Shown one piece after another: positions 10,930-24,853 of a DNA stretch of 64,000 nt (positions are counted from its first letter, which is position 1; each line of letters begins with the position of its first letter). The notes beneath the pieces are model-generated. The model was given only the letters and a program-made list of their open reading frames with translations. It made no database searches and was not told where the DNA came from. The stretch is from an uncultured Candidatus Binatia bacterium (GTDB lineage: Bacteria; Desulfobacterota; Binatia; UBA9968; CAXXLF01). Location of the stretch: the NCBI GenBank assembly GCA_965218425.1, contig OZ244621.1, positions 1,504,001-1,568,000 of the forward strand, written 5' to 3'. The position numbers and the translations under genes are program-made.

Positions 10930-11700
10930 CTATCTTTGCCCCTTGGCCACCTGTCCAGTTGGAACCGTAGTTTTTTCTTGTTCTTTCTTTTTCCGGTCAC
11001 CTTCAGGGATGATGAGCAGACGGCGGTAATCACCTCGACCTAGGCTCTTGGTGGTGAGCCAAGGGTCGTCTTCCAAGGCCAGGTGAATGACACGGCGATC
11101 ACGTGCGCTCAGGGAATCGACGCTCACTGCTGTTCTTTTCCTCTTGGCCTTCTCCCCCAATCTCAACGCCATATCCTCAAGAGTCTTTCTGCGCCGTTCG
11201 CGATAGTTTTCTGTATCGATGATCAATTGAGCACCATCGAGACCGCACCGGTCGTTTACCGCCCGCGTGAGAACGTACTGCAAAGCCTCCAGGGTCTGCC
11301 CCCGGCGCCCGATTAGAAGTCCGCCTCCCCCCGCCTGAATGTTGAGCAATACCTCCTGCGGACTGTCACCGGGCTTGATCTCAATCGTCGCCTCAATCCC
11401 CATTAGCTTGATGATTTCGGCCAAGACCCCTCTCCCATTGTCCCTCAGAGCCTCTAGCTTTGCCTCCGTGAGTCCTTCATCTTTAGGTTCTTGCTCGTTC
11501 TGCCGACCTTCCTTTTCAAGGGCCAAAGTCTCGCGCAGGGAAGCTCGAACCCGGGCCTTGCGGCTTCCAATTCCCAGCACTCCCTTTTTTGACTCCGCGA
11601 GGATCTCCACCGTCACGCGGTCACGTTCCACTCCAAGAACTTTCAGGGCATTGGCAATGGCCCCATCGATGGTTTCGCCTTCGGCTTCCACATGCTCCAT
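10930..11700 (-). CDS. jag: RNA-binding protein Jag/EloR (KhpB)
   Basis: Jag N-terminus, KH (LLIGRRGQTLEALQY), R3H (RRVIHLAL); downstream of yidC. Confidence 0.93.
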   Translation of the reverse strand: MEHVEAEGETIDGAIANALKVLGVERDRVTVEILAESKKGVLGIGSRKARVRASLRETLALEKEGRQNEQEPKDEGLTEAKLEALRDNGRGVLAEIIKLMGIEATIEIKPGDSPQEVLLNIQAGGGGLLIGRRGQTLEALQYVLTRAVNDRCGLDGAQLIIDTENYRERRRKTLEDMALRLGEKAKRKRTAVSVDSLSARDRRVIHLALEDDPWLTTKSLGRGDYRRLLIIPEGDRKKKEQEKTTVPTGQVAKGQR

Positions 11701-11728
11701 GAAAAAGATACCTCCAACACAGAGTGTT

Positions 11729-13351
11729 CTACTTTACCATACGGTTGATAATGTACTGTTGCCCAATGGTCAGAATATTGTTGATCAGCCAGTAAATCGT
11801 TAGGCCAGCGGGAAAGGTGACAAACAGAACCGTGAAGACCACTGGCATCATCATCATCATTCTTCTTTGATTCGGGTCGCCAACGGATGGTGTCATCCAC
11901 TGCTGCACGAACATACTAGCACCCATAAGAAGCACGAGTACAGGGAGTCCCACATTCCAGCCCAACAGAGTGAAAGGCAGGGACTCGTAATCGGGGCGTG
12001 AGAGGTCCTGGATCCACAGAAAAGAAGCGTGCCGCAGCTCGATGGGAGTACGCAACGCATTGTATAGACCGATGAAGACCGGAAACTGGAGCAACATGGG
12101 AAGACACCCCCCCAAAGGATTCACCTTGTTGCGCTTGTAGAGATCCATGATCTCTCGATTCATTTTTTCCTTGTCGTTTTTATATCGGTCGCGGATACGC
12201 TGCATCTGCGGCTGCAGCTTTTGCATCTGTTTCATAGAGACAAAACTCTTATGGGTCAGGGGAGCAAGGAGAAGTTTGATTAGGATAGTGAGGAGGATGA
12301 TATCCATGCCATAGCTCCCGGTGAAACGGTGGGAGAAGCGTAAGACTTGGAGGAGCGGAGCAGCTACAAGGGTAAACCATCCAAAATCGATGGACCGCTC
12401 CAATCCTTTTCCCAATGCTTTCAATGCATCCACGTCCTTGGGGCCGATGAAAAGGGTGGTACTGGCCCTTTGCCCTGAACCTTTGGGAGCCTGGGTCGCA
12501 AGATTCATTTGAAGTCCGGGTCCCGCCTGTTTCACTTCGAGGGTGCTCTGGGCCGGGCCATCCGGCACTATGGCAAATAAAAAGTAGGTATATCCAAATC
12601 CGGCCCAATCAATCTGGCCGCTTATCTTTTTACCCTCTTTGAGGTCCTCACCACCTTCCCGGGTCAGTTTCCCGCCCACCAGGGTTACGAGCCCCTCAAA
12701 GACTGCATCCTGGGCAACGGTCTGGTGGTTTCCCCCCGTGGTCAGGAGTAGGCTCGGTGGAGCCCCCCGATTTGCCCCTCCGGTAGTGACCTCCAAATCG
12801 ATTGTGTAAAGGGAGCCTGTGAAAGTGAACTTCTTGATCAGGGTGGCGCCCCAGGGAGTCCGGCCCTGAAATGTAAGCACCCCTTTGCCGTCACCGCTAA
12901 GCATGAGGCTTCTACCCCGGCCTTTATAAACCATGGATTCGTCGTTGAAGGGCTCGGGTTCCTGGAACTGCAACCCAAGCGGATAGGGGACACCCCGCGT
13001 CGCAGAGACCATCTCAAAGTTAGGACTGTCCTTGCCAATTGAAGTACGGTATTGCTTCAACAGTAGACTCTTCAGTCGCCCGCCCCGGTTGGTGAAAACA
13101 GCAATATAGTGATCCGTCTCCACCCTGAACTCTTTCACCGGTTGCTGGACCTTTTGTTCCCCCTGTGCGGGAATCGTTGGGGTGACCCTTTGAGCCTCTT
13201 CAATGGGCTTGGGTAAAGGCCTCGGTTGAGGAGTGACTCCCCGAGATGGTCGGTTCTCCTGAGGAGTCTCATAGTAACGACTCACCCACTCTTGGTAGAG
13301 GATGAGAATGGCAATGGAGAGAACGATGGCTATAAGGGCATTTTTTTCCAT
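11729..13351 (-). CDS. yidC: Membrane protein insertase YidC
   Basis: IDFGWF, SMKQMQKLQP, NPLGGCLPML, PAGLTIYWL. Confidence 0.96.
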   Translation of the reverse strand: MEKNALIAIVLSIAILILYQEWVSRYYETPQENRPSRGVTPQPRPLPKPIEEAQRVTPTIPAQGEQKVQQPVKEFRVETDHYIAVFTNRGGRLKSLLLKQYRTSIGKDSPNFEMVSATRGVPYPLGLQFQEPEPFNDESMVYKGRGRSLMLSGDGKGVLTFQGRTPWGATLIKKFTFTGSLYTIDLEVTTGGANRGAPPSLLLTTGGNHQTVAQDAVFEGLVTLVGGKLTREGGEDLKEGKKISGQIDWAGFGYTYFLFAIVPDGPAQSTLEVKQAGPGLQMNLATQAPKGSGQRASTTLFIGPKDVDALKALGKGLERSIDFGWFTLVAAPLLQVLRFSHRFTGSYGMDIILLTILIKLLLAPLTHKSFVSMKQMQKLQPQMQRIRDRYKNDKEKMNREIMDLYKRNKVNPLGGCLPMLLQFPVFIGLYNALRTPIELRHASFLWIQDLSRPDYESLPFTLLGWNVGLPVLVLLMGASMFVQQWMTPSVGDPNQRRMMMMMPVVFTVLFVTFPAGLTIYWLINNILTIGQQYIINRMVK

Positions 13352-13361
13352 GGTGGGTGTT

Positions 13362-13583
13362 TTAAGGAACTGGGTCAACACCACCCTGATGAAGTGGGTG
13401 GCAACGGAGAAGCCTAAGCAGCCCGAGCCATATACCCTTTAGGCACCCGTGGCGAGACACGGCTTCAAGGGTATAAGCCGAACAGCTTGGGAAAAAACGG
13501 CAGGATGGGGGGAGGAGCGGAGACAAGAACAAACGATACCCTGAAAGAATAAGAATGAGCCCTCTGCTGCTTAAACCAGCCAT
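13362..13583 (-). CDS. yidD: Membrane protein insertion efficiency factor YidD
   Basis: [10 protein letters not shown]...RLLRCHP...GGVDPVP; AGGAGGT RBS. Confidence 0.93.
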   Translation of the reverse strand: MAGLSSRGLILILSGYRLFLSPLLPPSCRFFPSCSAYTLEAVSRHGCLKGIWLGLLRLLRCHPLHQGGVDPVP

Positions 13584-13594
13584 ACCTCCTACCT

Positions 13595-13939
13595 TCACAG
13601 GGAAGAACAGGCCTTCCCGAGTTCCCTCACCACCTGCTGGTGAGACAGATCTCCTGCCCCTTTCCTGGCGATGATTAGCAGATCCCGGTGGGCAGACAAG
13701 GAGATTTGCCGCCTGCGGAAATATTCCCGCAGAAATCTCTTAATCCGATTACGGACCACTGCTCCCCCTATTCTCGCGCTAACCGTGATGCCCAGTCGAT
13801 GGACTTCCTTAGCGTTGGCCCTGCTAATGACTATAAAATGTGGGGCGTAGACCTTCTTCTCCCCGCGTGAAAGGCTGAGAAACTCGGAGCGTCTGGTGAG
13901 ACGGGCACTCTTTGGGAACCCTTCCCGGCCCTGCGCCAA
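13595..13939 (-). CDS. rnpA: Ribonuclease P protein component
   Basis: [19 protein letters not shown]; synteny. Confidence 0.93.
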   Translation of the reverse strand: MAQGREGFPKSARLTRRSEFLSLSRGEKKVYAPHFIVISRANAKEVHRLGITVSARIGGAVVRNRIKRFLREYFRRRQISLSAHRDLLIIARKGAGDLSHQQVVRELGKACSSL

Positions 13940-13953
13940 CTCTATGCCCCGTC

Positions 13954-14115
13954 CTAAGAACGAGCCTGTTTAGGCGGTATCGTAACAGACAGTTTCCTTC
14001 GCCCCTTCGCCCTTCTCCGTTTCAGAACCTTGCGTCCCCCAGGGGTAGCCATCCGTGCCAGGAAACCGTGGGTCCTCTTCCGCCTGATATTACTTGGTTG
14101 ATATGTCCGTTTCAT
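13954..14115 (-). CDS. rpmH: 50S ribosomal protein L34
   Basis: Manual translation [44 protein letters not shown]...; below the ORF-track cutoff. Confidence 0.97.
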   Translation of the reverse strand: MKRTYQPSNIRRKRTHGFLARMATPGGRKVLKRRRAKGRRKLSVTIPPKQARS

Positions 14116-14220
14116 GTGAGATCCTTAAGCCAATCTAGCCATGCGTCCTCTATTTCAAGCATAGAGCGCCACCCTTGTCAATTTTGACCTTCGGTTTTAA
14201 CGAGGAAATCGATCGTCGAA

Positions 14221-15228
14221 TCAAGGGAGTTCACGCTTAAGACTGCGTTGCATGAGATCGCGGACAGCGCCCATGGGGTCTTTATTCTCGTATAAAACCT
14301 GGCACATTTGGTCGACAATTGGCATCTCGACCTCCAGCTTTTGGGCCAGGAGATGCACGGAACGAGTATTACGGACACCTTCCGCCACCATACGGGTGCC
14401 GGCCAGGATTTCACTGGTCTTTCGCCCTTTGGCAATCTCCAGACCCACTCTCCGATTTCGGCTCAACTCTCCCGTACAGGTCAATATCAGGTCTCCCAGA
14501 CCTGGGAGCCCTGACAGGGTGAGCGGCTCTGCCCCCATGCGTACCGCCAGGCGTGTCATCTCAGCCAATCCGCGGGTCATTAATGCGGCACGCGCATTGT
14601 CACCCAGGGCCAATCCGTCACTGATGCCTGCTGCTATGGCGATCACATTCTTCACCACCCCACCCATTTGCACCCCGACTACATCGTGCGACGTATAAAC
14701 CCTAAAGTTTTGGGTGCTTAGGGTCTTTTGAACCTCACTGCCCACCTTATCGTCGTAGGCTGCGAGAGTGATGGCCGCGGGAAGTCCCCGAGCCACCTCA
14801 AGGGCAAAGCTTGGACCGGAAAGGAAGGTCTGTTGTTTCCTCTTTGGCTCACCCACGAGATCAATGAGAACCTCGCCCATGGTTAAAAGGCTTCCTTCTT
14901 CAATCCCCTTAGTCCCACAAACCAAGGTTGCCTGGGGCGACATATGGGACACAACCCCTTGCAAGACCCCGCGTACGAAATGGGAGGGTACTGCGAAGAG
15001 CAAAATATCTTTCTCGGCAACCGTCCTTTTCAGGGAACCGGTGATTTTGAGTTGTGGAGGCAGGGAAATCCCGGGGAGATAGGTAACGTTTTCACCCTTC
15101 GTCTTTACCTCCCGAAGGGTCTCCTCCCCGTGACACCACAGGGTGACCTCATCGCCTTTGTCGGAGAGCAGTTTGGCAAGGGCCGTCCCCCAGCCCCCAG
15201 CCCCGATAATCCCGATTGCCCGTCCCAT
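14221..15228 (-). CDS. gpsA: NAD(P)H-dependent glycerol-3-phosphate dehydrogenase
   Basis: GAGGWGTALA, LSGPSFA, KNVIAIAAG, GDLILTC..SRNR. Confidence 0.95.
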   Translation of the reverse strand: MGRAIGIIGAGGWGTALAKLLSDKGDEVTLWCHGEETLREVKTKGENVTYLPGISLPPQLKITGSLKRTVAEKDILLFAVPSHFVRGVLQGVVSHMSPQATLVCGTKGIEEGSLLTMGEVLIDLVGEPKRKQQTFLSGPSFALEVARGLPAAITLAAYDDKVGSEVQKTLSTQNFRVYTSHDVVGVQMGGVVKNVIAIAAGISDGLALGDNARAALMTRGLAEMTRLAVRMGAEPLTLSGLPGLGDLILTCTGELSRNRRVGLEIAKGRKTSEILAGTRMVAEGVRNTRSVHLLAQKLEVEMPIVDQMCQVLYENKDPMGAVRDLMQRSLKRELP

Positions 15229-15285
15229 GGCTCTCGTAAACCGTTATGGTTAATCGCTTACTCGCAAACCGAAAAGTGGGTCCCG

Positions 15286-15320
15286 GTTACTCGATAATCG
15301 TTATTCGTTACTGGTTATTC
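15286..15320. repeat. Degenerate 7-bp tandem repeat, 5 units
   Basis: gttactc gataatc gttattc gttactg gttattc in the gyrA-gpsA gap. Confidence 0.7.
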
Positions 15321-15405
15321 CTTAATAGTTTATCGTTATGGGTGAATTGATGACTCGCTTATGGATGAGGGTAAATGAAGGCAACAATTTATACGATTAA
15401 CGAAA

Positions 15406-17880
15406 TTATTCTTCCTGTTCCTGACCTTCAACTTCGTCCTCGTCGTCTTTTTCCGCCAATCGCGCTACGGCAACGACTCGTTCTCCGTCTTCCATCTCAA
15501 TGAGACGCACCCCCTGGGTATTTCGGCCGATGGTGCTGATGTCTTTTACCCTCAGACGAATGATTTTGCCATTGTTCGTTACCATCATGAGCTGGTCATC
15601 ATCGGTGACTTGATGGACCCCGATAACCCGTCCGGTCTTTTCGGTGGTTTTCATGGTAATGACGCCCTTACCGCCGCGGGATTGGAGACGGTACTCATCC
15701 ATGGCCGTGCGCTTCCCATAGCCATTCTCCGCCACGGTGAGCAGGCTCGCGCCCCGGCTAAGCATTTCCATGCTCACCACGCGGTCGTCCTTCTCCAGGC
15801 TGATCCCGCTCACTCCAAAGGTTCCTCTCCCGGTGGGCCGGACCTGACCTTCCTTGAAGCGAATGGACTGTCCGTTGAGGGTTGAGAGGAGCACCTCTTG
15901 CTGTCCATCGGTTAAACGGACTCCAATGACTTCGTCCCCTGCATCTAGTCCGATGGCACGAATCCCCGTGGAGCGAGGATTGGAATAGGCCATGAGCTCG
16001 GTCTTCTTGACAACTCCACCTTTGGTGGCAAACACCACAAAGCGTCCCTCCTGAAACTCACGAACCGGGAGGAAGGCGGAAATTTTTTCTCCTTCTTCCA
16101 GACGGAGCAGGTTCACAATGGCCCTTCCCCTTGCCGCCCTCCCTGCCTGTGGTAACTCGTGAACTTTGATCCAATAGACTTTACCAGTAGTGGTAAAAAA
16201 GAGGATATAGGAATGAGTAGAAGCCACAAAGAGGTGCTCAAGAAAGTCCTCGTCTCGCGTCGTTGCCCCCATTTTTCCCTTTCCACCGCGGCGTTGGGCA
16301 CGGTAGAGGGTCACGGGGTTACGTTTGATATAGCCCTCATGCGACACGGTGACCGCCATATCTTCTTCGACGATGAGATCTTCCACGGAAATCGCCTCAG
16401 ACTGATCGATGATCTCGGTTCGGCGCGGGTCAGCGTATTCCTTCTTCATCTCCTGAAGCTCTTCGACGATGATGCGGTAGACCTCTTTCTCATCGGCCAG
16501 AATCCCTCGCAACCTGGCGATGAGTTCCGTAGTTTCTTTGTGCTCGCTCAACACCTTATCTCTCTCCAGACCTGTGAGCCTCTGAAGCCGCATGTCCAAA
16601 ATGGCCCGGGCCTGGATCTCAGACAAACCAAAGCCGGCCATAAGACCTTCCTTGGCCGTTGCGGGATCCTTGGACTCGCGAATCAGTTGGATCACCTGAT
16701 CCAGGTGGTCCAGAGCGATTCTCAGCCCTGCCAGGATGTGTAAACGCTCCTCGGCTTTGCGCAGGTCATAGGCGGTACGACGTGTGACCACCTCTTTGCG
16801 GTGGTCCAGGAAGGCCTTTAGGGCATCCTTCAGGCCAAGGATCTTGGGTCGCCCGTCTGCGATGGCCAGCATGTTGACGCCAAAAGACTCCTGCAAGGCG
16901 GTGTGTTTGTAAAGCTGGTTGATCACCACCTCGGGAACTGCGTCTCGTTTAAGCTCCACCACAATGCGCATCCCATCGCGATCGGATTCGTCCCTCAGAT
17001 CTGAGATCCCCTCCACTTTTTTATCCTGTACCAGTACCGCCATTTGCTCGATGAGACGTGCCTTGTTCACCAAAAATGGAATCTCACGGATGATAATCTG
17101 CTCTTTGCCCGTACGCTTCATTGTCTCGGTAAAGAGTTTGGCTCGCATCTGGAGGGTCCCCCGTCCTTCCCTGTACGCTTGGCGGATGGTTTCCCTACCA
17201 TAAATGAATCCTCCCGTAGGAAAGTCAGGGCCCGGTATGAAGGTCATGAGCTCGTCCACAGAAATTTCTGGATTTTCAACCATGGCCACCAAACCGTCCA
17301 CCACCTCTCCCAGGTTGTGTGGGGGGATATTGGTAGCCATGCCCACCGCAATGCCAGCGCCACCGTTAATCAGGAGGTTGGGAATTCGGGAGGGGAGAAC
17401 CGCGGGTTCTTTGGTGGAATCATCGTAGTTGGGAATGAAATCAACGGTCTCTTTATCAATGTCCGCTAAGATTTCCTCGGCGATTCGGGTCATGCGGATT
17501 TCCGTGTACCGCATGGCCGCGGGAGGGTCGCCGTCTACGGAGCCAAAATTTCCCTGCCCATCCACCAGTAGGTAGCGCATGGAGAAATCCTGGGCCATAC
17601 GTACAATGGTGTCATAGACCGCCACATCCCCATGTGGATGATATTTCCCGATGACATCGCCCACCACGCGGGCGGATTTTTTATAAGGGGCGTTCCAGGA
17701 ATTGCTGATATCGTACATGGCATAAAGGACCCGTCGATGAACCGGCTTGAGCCCGTCGCACACATTGGGCACCGCCCGGCCGATGATGACGCTCATGGCA
17801 TAGTCCATATAGGACTGCCGCATCTCATCTTCGATATAAACGGGAACCTTTTGCTGCTTAAGGGTGGCTTCCATTTCCAT
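15406..17880 (-). CDS. gyrA: DNA gyrase subunit A
   Basis: YHPHGD, AAMRYTE, GyrA-box QRRGGKG. Confidence 0.97.
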   Translation of the reverse strand: MEMEATLKQQKVPVYIEDEMRQSYMDYAMSVIIGRAVPNVCDGLKPVHRRVLYAMYDISNSWNAPYKKSARVVGDVIGKYHPHGDVAVYDTIVRMAQDFSMRYLLVDGQGNFGSVDGDPPAAMRYTEIRMTRIAEEILADIDKETVDFIPNYDDSTKEPAVLPSRIPNLLINGGAGIAVGMATNIPPHNLGEVVDGLVAMVENPEISVDELMTFIPGPDFPTGGFIYGRETIRQAYREGRGTLQMRAKLFTETMKRTGKEQIIIREIPFLVNKARLIEQMAVLVQDKKVEGISDLRDESDRDGMRIVVELKRDAVPEVVINQLYKHTALQESFGVNMLAIADGRPKILGLKDALKAFLDHRKEVVTRRTAYDLRKAEERLHILAGLRIALDHLDQVIQLIRESKDPATAKEGLMAGFGLSEIQARAILDMRLQRLTGLERDKVLSEHKETTELIARLRGILADEKEVYRIIVEELQEMKKEYADPRRTEIIDQSEAISVEDLIVEEDMAVTVSHEGYIKRNPVTLYRAQRRGGKGKMGATTRDEDFLEHLFVASTHSYILFFTTTGKVYWIKVHELPQAGRAARGRAIVNLLRLEEGEKISAFLPVREFQEGRFVVFATKGGVVKKTELMAYSNPRSTGIRAIGLDAGDEVIGVRLTDGQQEVLLSTLNGQSIRFKEGQVRPTGRGTFGVSGISLEKDDRVVSMEMLSRGASLLTVAENGYGKRTAMDEYRLQSRGGKGVITMKTTEKTGRVIGVHQVTDDDQLMMVTNNGKIIRLRVKDISTIGRNTQGVRLIEMEDGERVVAVARLAEKDDEDEVEGQEQEE

Positions 17881-17887
17881 TAACAAA

Positions 17888-17953
17888 GTTCAAAACGTTC
17901 AAGTGGTTCAAACGGTATTGAACTTACTTAAGCGCATTGGACTGCTTGAACGG
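17888..17953. repeat. 9-bp GTTCAAnnn tandem (3 units) followed by inverted TTGAAC copies
   Basis: gttcaaaac gttcaagtg gttcaaacg, then ttgaac at 17918 and 17946, in the gyrB-gyrA gap. Confidence 0.65.
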
Positions 17954-17962
17954 TCTTCAGTA

Positions 17963-20440
<2,478 letters not shown>

Positions 20441-20582
20441 CTATTTTTTTACCGTCTAAATTATAGTGAGAATGCAATAAAAAGTAAAGAGAAATAGATA
20501 GTTTTTAGCAATCAGACTTAGGAGAAATAGAATTTATAAAACCGTGTTCTAATATAAAGCTCTACGCTGATCTGTATTGGGA

Positions 20583-21293
20583 TTAGCGTGTATCGCGGTA
20601 AAATCGCTTGAGATAAATTGGTGATACCCCAGCCAGGAAGAGTACCCTCATCGCCCACATCTTCAAAACCGTCAGCAAAACCCCTTCCATTTCCCACCTT
20701 CGCGATGACGTAACAACTTCGGACCTCAAGCAGGCCACCTTACCTTGTCGTTTGAGAGCCCGAGAAAAGGCAATGTCTTCCATCAAGGGGATGTCAGGAA
20801 ACCCCCCCATGCCGTCAAAGACCTCACGGCGCACAAAAATTGCCTGGTCCCCCGTACCAACTTTGGTCCATCGGGAACGGAGATTGATGAGCCTGCCGAT
20901 CATTTGAAATCTCCAACCAGCGGAATCCAGCTTGACATCAAAGCGCCCGCCTACGCACTGGGGATCTCGCAACGCCAAGCAAATATCATTTACGGCGCTC
21001 GAAGGGAGCCGTGTATCAGCGTGGAGAAACAGGAGGATCTCTCCGCTTGCCAAATTGGCGCCGTGGTTCATCTGCCGGGATCTAGGACTCGGAGATGAGG
21101 CGAGTGTGGCCGGGGTCCGTGCTACTGTCTCACGTGTGCGGTCTGAGCTACCGCCATCCACCACGATCACTTCCCGGACGGCAAGGGACGCCAGGGATTT
21201 TAGGGTCGCGGCAATGGTCCTTTCTTCATTGAGCACCGGTACAATGATCGAGATTCGCACCCTCTGTTGTCTTATCGTCTCCACGCGAACCAT
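20583..21293 (-). CDS. GT2 glycosyltransferase, TIGR04283 (arsenosugar-associated) type
   Basis: SIIVPVLNE, VVDGGSSD, FLHADT, GDQAIF, PLMED, TSSRRW. Confidence 0.85.
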   Translation of the reverse strand: MVRVETIRQQRVRISIIVPVLNEERTIAATLKSLASLAVREVIVVDGGSSDRTRETVARTPATLASSPSPRSRQMNHGANLASGEILLFLHADTRLPSSAVNDICLALRDPQCVGGRFDVKLDSAGWRFQMIGRLINLRSRWTKVGTGDQAIFVRREVFDGMGGFPDIPLMEDIAFSRALKRQGKVACLRSEVVTSSRRWEMEGVLLTVLKMWAMRVLFLAGVSPIYLKRFYRDTR

Positions 21294-22101
21294 TTCTTGA
21301 ACAGAGTTTTCAAAGTCGGCGTTAGCCTCTGCCTCATGTACTGGTCGCCGATTTTCTTTAAAACCTCGGCCTGAGTTGGATAGGGATGAATAGTTGCAGA
21401 AAGCGCCGATACCTTAAGGCCCGACGTGATGGCCAGGGTGAGTTCGCTGATCATCTCACCGGCATGACGGGCAACAATTGTACCGCCAAGAAGCTTTCCG
21501 TTTTTTCTATCGTAGTGGACCCGTGCGAAACCCTCCTCTTCACCGTCCAAGAGGGCACGATCAACATGGCTAAATCGCTCTGTCAGGGTTGCCACTTCAA
21601 CACCCGGTAAGCCATCGGTCCCATAGACTCCCACGTGGGCCACTTCGGGGTCGGTGTAAGTGCACCGGGGATCACAAGACCGCTTGCCTTTCGCCGTCCG
21701 AAGAAAAGGGAGCTGGCCAGGACAATCCGGGCCATGGCCTCGGAAAAAGTAACGGACGGTTTTGAGCCGGACCGCGCCCCGTATTGCCACTGCCCATTAC
21801 GTCAAAGGCTGCTCGTGAGGCCCGAATAACTCCCTTGAACGGGACACAATCCATGTTCAGGCAGTCACCCCCCATCAAATTGCGCTCCACAAGGGCCACC
21901 TTAGCACCTAAACGCGGCTCCTGCAGCGCTCACCAACCCGGCGGTACTGGCGCCTATTACCACGAGATTGTATTTTCCTACAGGGCTAGGGCTGGTCCAA
22001 TTGGAAGGGTGGCAGTTCTCCACCAGTTGCTGATCGCAACGATCCTCAACCAGTATCGACCGATGGAACGATGGTGAAAAAGGCTCGCTTAGATCAGGCA
22101 T
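21272..22101 (-). pseudogene. Mercuric-reductase-like pyridine nucleotide-disulfide oxidoreductase, frameshifted and internally deleted
   Basis: YNLVVIGASTAGLVSA, GGDCLNMDCVP and CTYTDPEVAHVG...IHPYPTQAE lie in different frames; only ~830 bp, with the NAD-binding middle missing. Confidence 0.85.
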
Positions 22102-22186
22102 GTATTAACCCCGTGTCCTTCCCCCGTTAAATCCTTGTTAATGGAAGACCGTTGGACGATGATTAAAAATAATTCTCTCCGCCGCC

Positions 22187-23395
22187 TTATGGGCAGCAGG
22201 CGCCTCCGGGACCGCAGATATTTGGAGAAGTCTGGGTAACTTTGTAGTCTTTTCCCTTAGTCTCACTGGGTTGGCGCCTGACGTCCCGGCTACAGTCAAA
22301 TGGCCCCGCCATTTCCATGGGGATCTCTTCCCTGGGTGGAATCAGAATAAACTGATCCTGGTAGGGTGGCTTGGAGCAAATCCCATAGGTCTTGTCACAC
22401 ACCGCGATTCGCACGCCCCGTGGGAAGGTATGCTGGTCGTCATCCACCACCTGTTTCCATGGGCCGCGGTAGATCACCGTGTGGTTTCTCTCTATACAAG
22501 GACCTTCCTTCCCCTTGTAGGCGGTGAGGGTAACGGAGCGAAATTCAATTCCATGGACGGTCTGATAGGGTTCCGACGGCATTTCCTCCACCCGAATTCC
22601 ATAAAAGCCAGCCGCTTCAAATGCATTCACCAATTCCTCTTCCTGAAAGGCTCCGGAAACGCACCCGCTCCACAGTTCCGGGTCCTCCTTCATGGATTCT
22701 GGCACCCGCTCATCGCTCACAATGTCAGATATGGCGATCCTTCCCCCGCGCTTCAAGACACGGTGCATCTCGGAAAAGAGTTGCTTCTTATCTTCGGATC
22801 GCACGAGATTGAGAACGCAGTTCGAGACAGCGACATCAATGGAGCCGTCAGGGATCATGGGCTGCTCGCGGGAGAGCTTCTCTTCGAATTCCCTCAGTTT
22901 GACCAGCTCAGTCAGAGAGCGAACTGGGTTTGATCGCAAATATCGATCCACCAGCTCCAGGTCTAACCTGAGGTTCTGAATTTTTCCGCGGCGAAACTCC
23001 ACATTGTGAAACCCCAATCGTTCCCCAATGGAGACCCGATGACTTTCGGCCAGGGCCAGCATTTCTTCGGTGAAGTCCACCCCGATCACCCGACCTTGCC
23101 CGCCCACGATCTGGGAAATCATGTAACAGGCCTTTCCACTGCCCGAACCGAGATCGAGGACCGTCTCCCCTTGCCGTACGTGTCGCGAGGGGTCACCACA
23201 ACCGTAGTCCTTCTCTATGATCTCTTCAGGGATGGCCTCCAGAAGCAAAGTATCGTATTGGACGGGGACACACAGACCCATCTCTGCTTCATGGGCGGCC
23301 CCGCCGTATCGCTGTCGAACCACGCGCTCCACATCCAGGCTCCCAACATTACTCCCATTGGAATTGATCATTGTTTCATACCTTTCTTCCGCCAT
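22187..23395 (-). CDS. ArsM-like SAM-dependent methyltransferase
   Basis: YGCGDP, VLDLGSGSG, SNCVLNL, LWSGCVSGA, KEGPC, terminal GACC. Confidence 0.85.
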   Translation of the reverse strand: MAEERYETMINSNGSNVGSLDVERVVRQRYGGAAHEAEMGLCVPVQYDTLLLEAIPEEIIEKDYGCGDPSRHVRQGETVLDLGSGSGKACYMISQIVGGQGRVIGVDFTEEMLALAESHRVSIGERLGFHNVEFRRGKIQNLRLDLELVDRYLRSNPVRSLTELVKLREFEEKLSREQPMIPDGSIDVAVSNCVLNLVRSEDKKQLFSEMHRVLKRGGRIAISDIVSDERVPESMKEDPELWSGCVSGAFQEEELVNAFEAAGFYGIRVEEMPSEPYQTVHGIEFRSVTLTAYKGKEGPCIERNHTVIYRGPWKQVVDDDQHTFPRGVRIAVCDKTYGICSKPPYQDQFILIPPREEIPMEMAGPFDCSRDVRRQPSETKGKDYKVTQTSPNICGPGGACCP

Positions 23396-23920
23396 AGGAC
23401 CTCCTGGAAAGTTTTTAGCACACGCCCGCTAAAAAACCATCCGATCAGCGGCAACTTGCCGGGGAATCACCCTAATCTTTCCAGGTCAATAAAACCTCTC
23501 CCTTGGCCAAGGCTTCGGGGGATTCTCCGAAGCTTAAGCGCAGGGGGATTTTCTGCCAAGACACCACCAGGTGAAAATCCAAAATCCGCAGCATGGGATC
23601 CTACAACGATACCAAAACTTTAAATTGTTAACGTTCAAAACATCCAACAAACGCTCTGGAGTTTCTCGAAATGACGAAAATTCTTTCCACGACAATAAAC
23701 CGATTGATGCTCTTGACTTTCATCTTGGTTATTTGAAATTGCTTCAGATTTCGAGTTTCGATATTGCTATTTTATTTAAACATGGCGCGCTATATGGTTC
23801 GACCGTTCCGACAGGCTCACTGCCCCGAGGCTTTCGATGGACGTTTTCGCGCGAGTCATCCTGTCCCGAATTCTGTAATCCGAAGCTGAACGGGAAATTG
23901 CAAATAGGATTGGTTTGTCC

Positions 23921-24112
23921 TCAGTTAAGATGACTTCCAACCGTTGATTCCCTCCAGAACTGCATGACCTCCCAATCAATGGGACCACAGTGAATACATG
24001 TCTCCATGGGGATGGTCACAGACACGGCCTCAAGAAGACCCCCCACTGGAAATCTCTCAGAACCCTCCCCACAGATATCGCAGGTAGGAATGATTTGTCT
24101 ATGCTCGTTCAT
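23921..24112 (-). CDS. Possible small CxxC...CxxC protein
   Basis: MNEH...CDICG...CIHCG...; 63 aa, family not recognised. Confidence 0.3.
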   Translation of the reverse strand: MNEHRQIIPTCDICGEGSERFPVGGLLEAVSVTIPMETCIHCGPIDWEVMQFWRESTVGSHLN

Positions 24113-24334
24113 TATGATTTTACCCATGACGGCTAGACCTATGCCCGTGGAGAGCCTCCAGGTGGAACAAGAGGCCCTTAACAGGTGGTACGGAGTATAA
24201 ACATTCCATCCCCGGCAAAAGTTCCATGTTTGTAAGAACTTTTCCGATCTGTAGAACGTCATCTGTGGGAACTTTTCATACCGTGCGATTGTTGAAGCAA
24301 CAGTATCGGATACCCAAGCGAAATATGGATCCCC

Positions 24335-24751
24335 GAGACCTCTGCATAACACCATAATTTGAAGGGATTGGCCCACAGAAGGGTTTAGGGGAAGGATTTT
24401 CTCGGGCTGTTGCCCCCTCAACTCAACACGGCAAAACCCGCCAAACAAAAGGTCCCGCTACGGCCATTGCGCCAACCGCTCATCCCACAGCCCATACCAC
24501 ACCCCCAGCAACAGCCCCCGAAACAGCCTCAGAACACGATAGCTCCGACGCCCTGTCCGTGAGGCGCATATCCCGGACACAACACTCTCGATCTTGTGCC
24601 AGTTCAACAAAGCCTCAGTGTCATCAAGGGCTGGCAACGCCGGGGGCTCTAATTCCGTGGCGGATACAAAAATGATGGTTGGGTTGAAAACGGCTTCTGC
24701 ATACCTCACTCTATCCTATCTGATCACGTCTTGAAGTTATGCAGAGGGCTC
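24335..24751 (-). mobile_element. Internally deleted IS5-family element (MITE-like), 417 bp
   Basis: 16-bp terminal inverted repeats GAGACCTCTGCATAAC / GTTATGCAGAGGGCTC (1 mismatch); internal transposase remnant GRRSYRVLRLFRGLLLGVWYGL. Confidence 0.8.
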
Positions 24752-24853
24752 ATATAAAAACCGGACCTGGATTGACATAGGAATCTCTAATCGGATAAGC
24801 TCAGTGGAAGGTTATAGCGCACTGGATTTATTGCATAGAGATGGAGAACCTGG

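Noticed and set aside
23571..23933. 120-aa plus-strand ORF
   Set aside because: AT-rich, no motif or RBS; probably spurious
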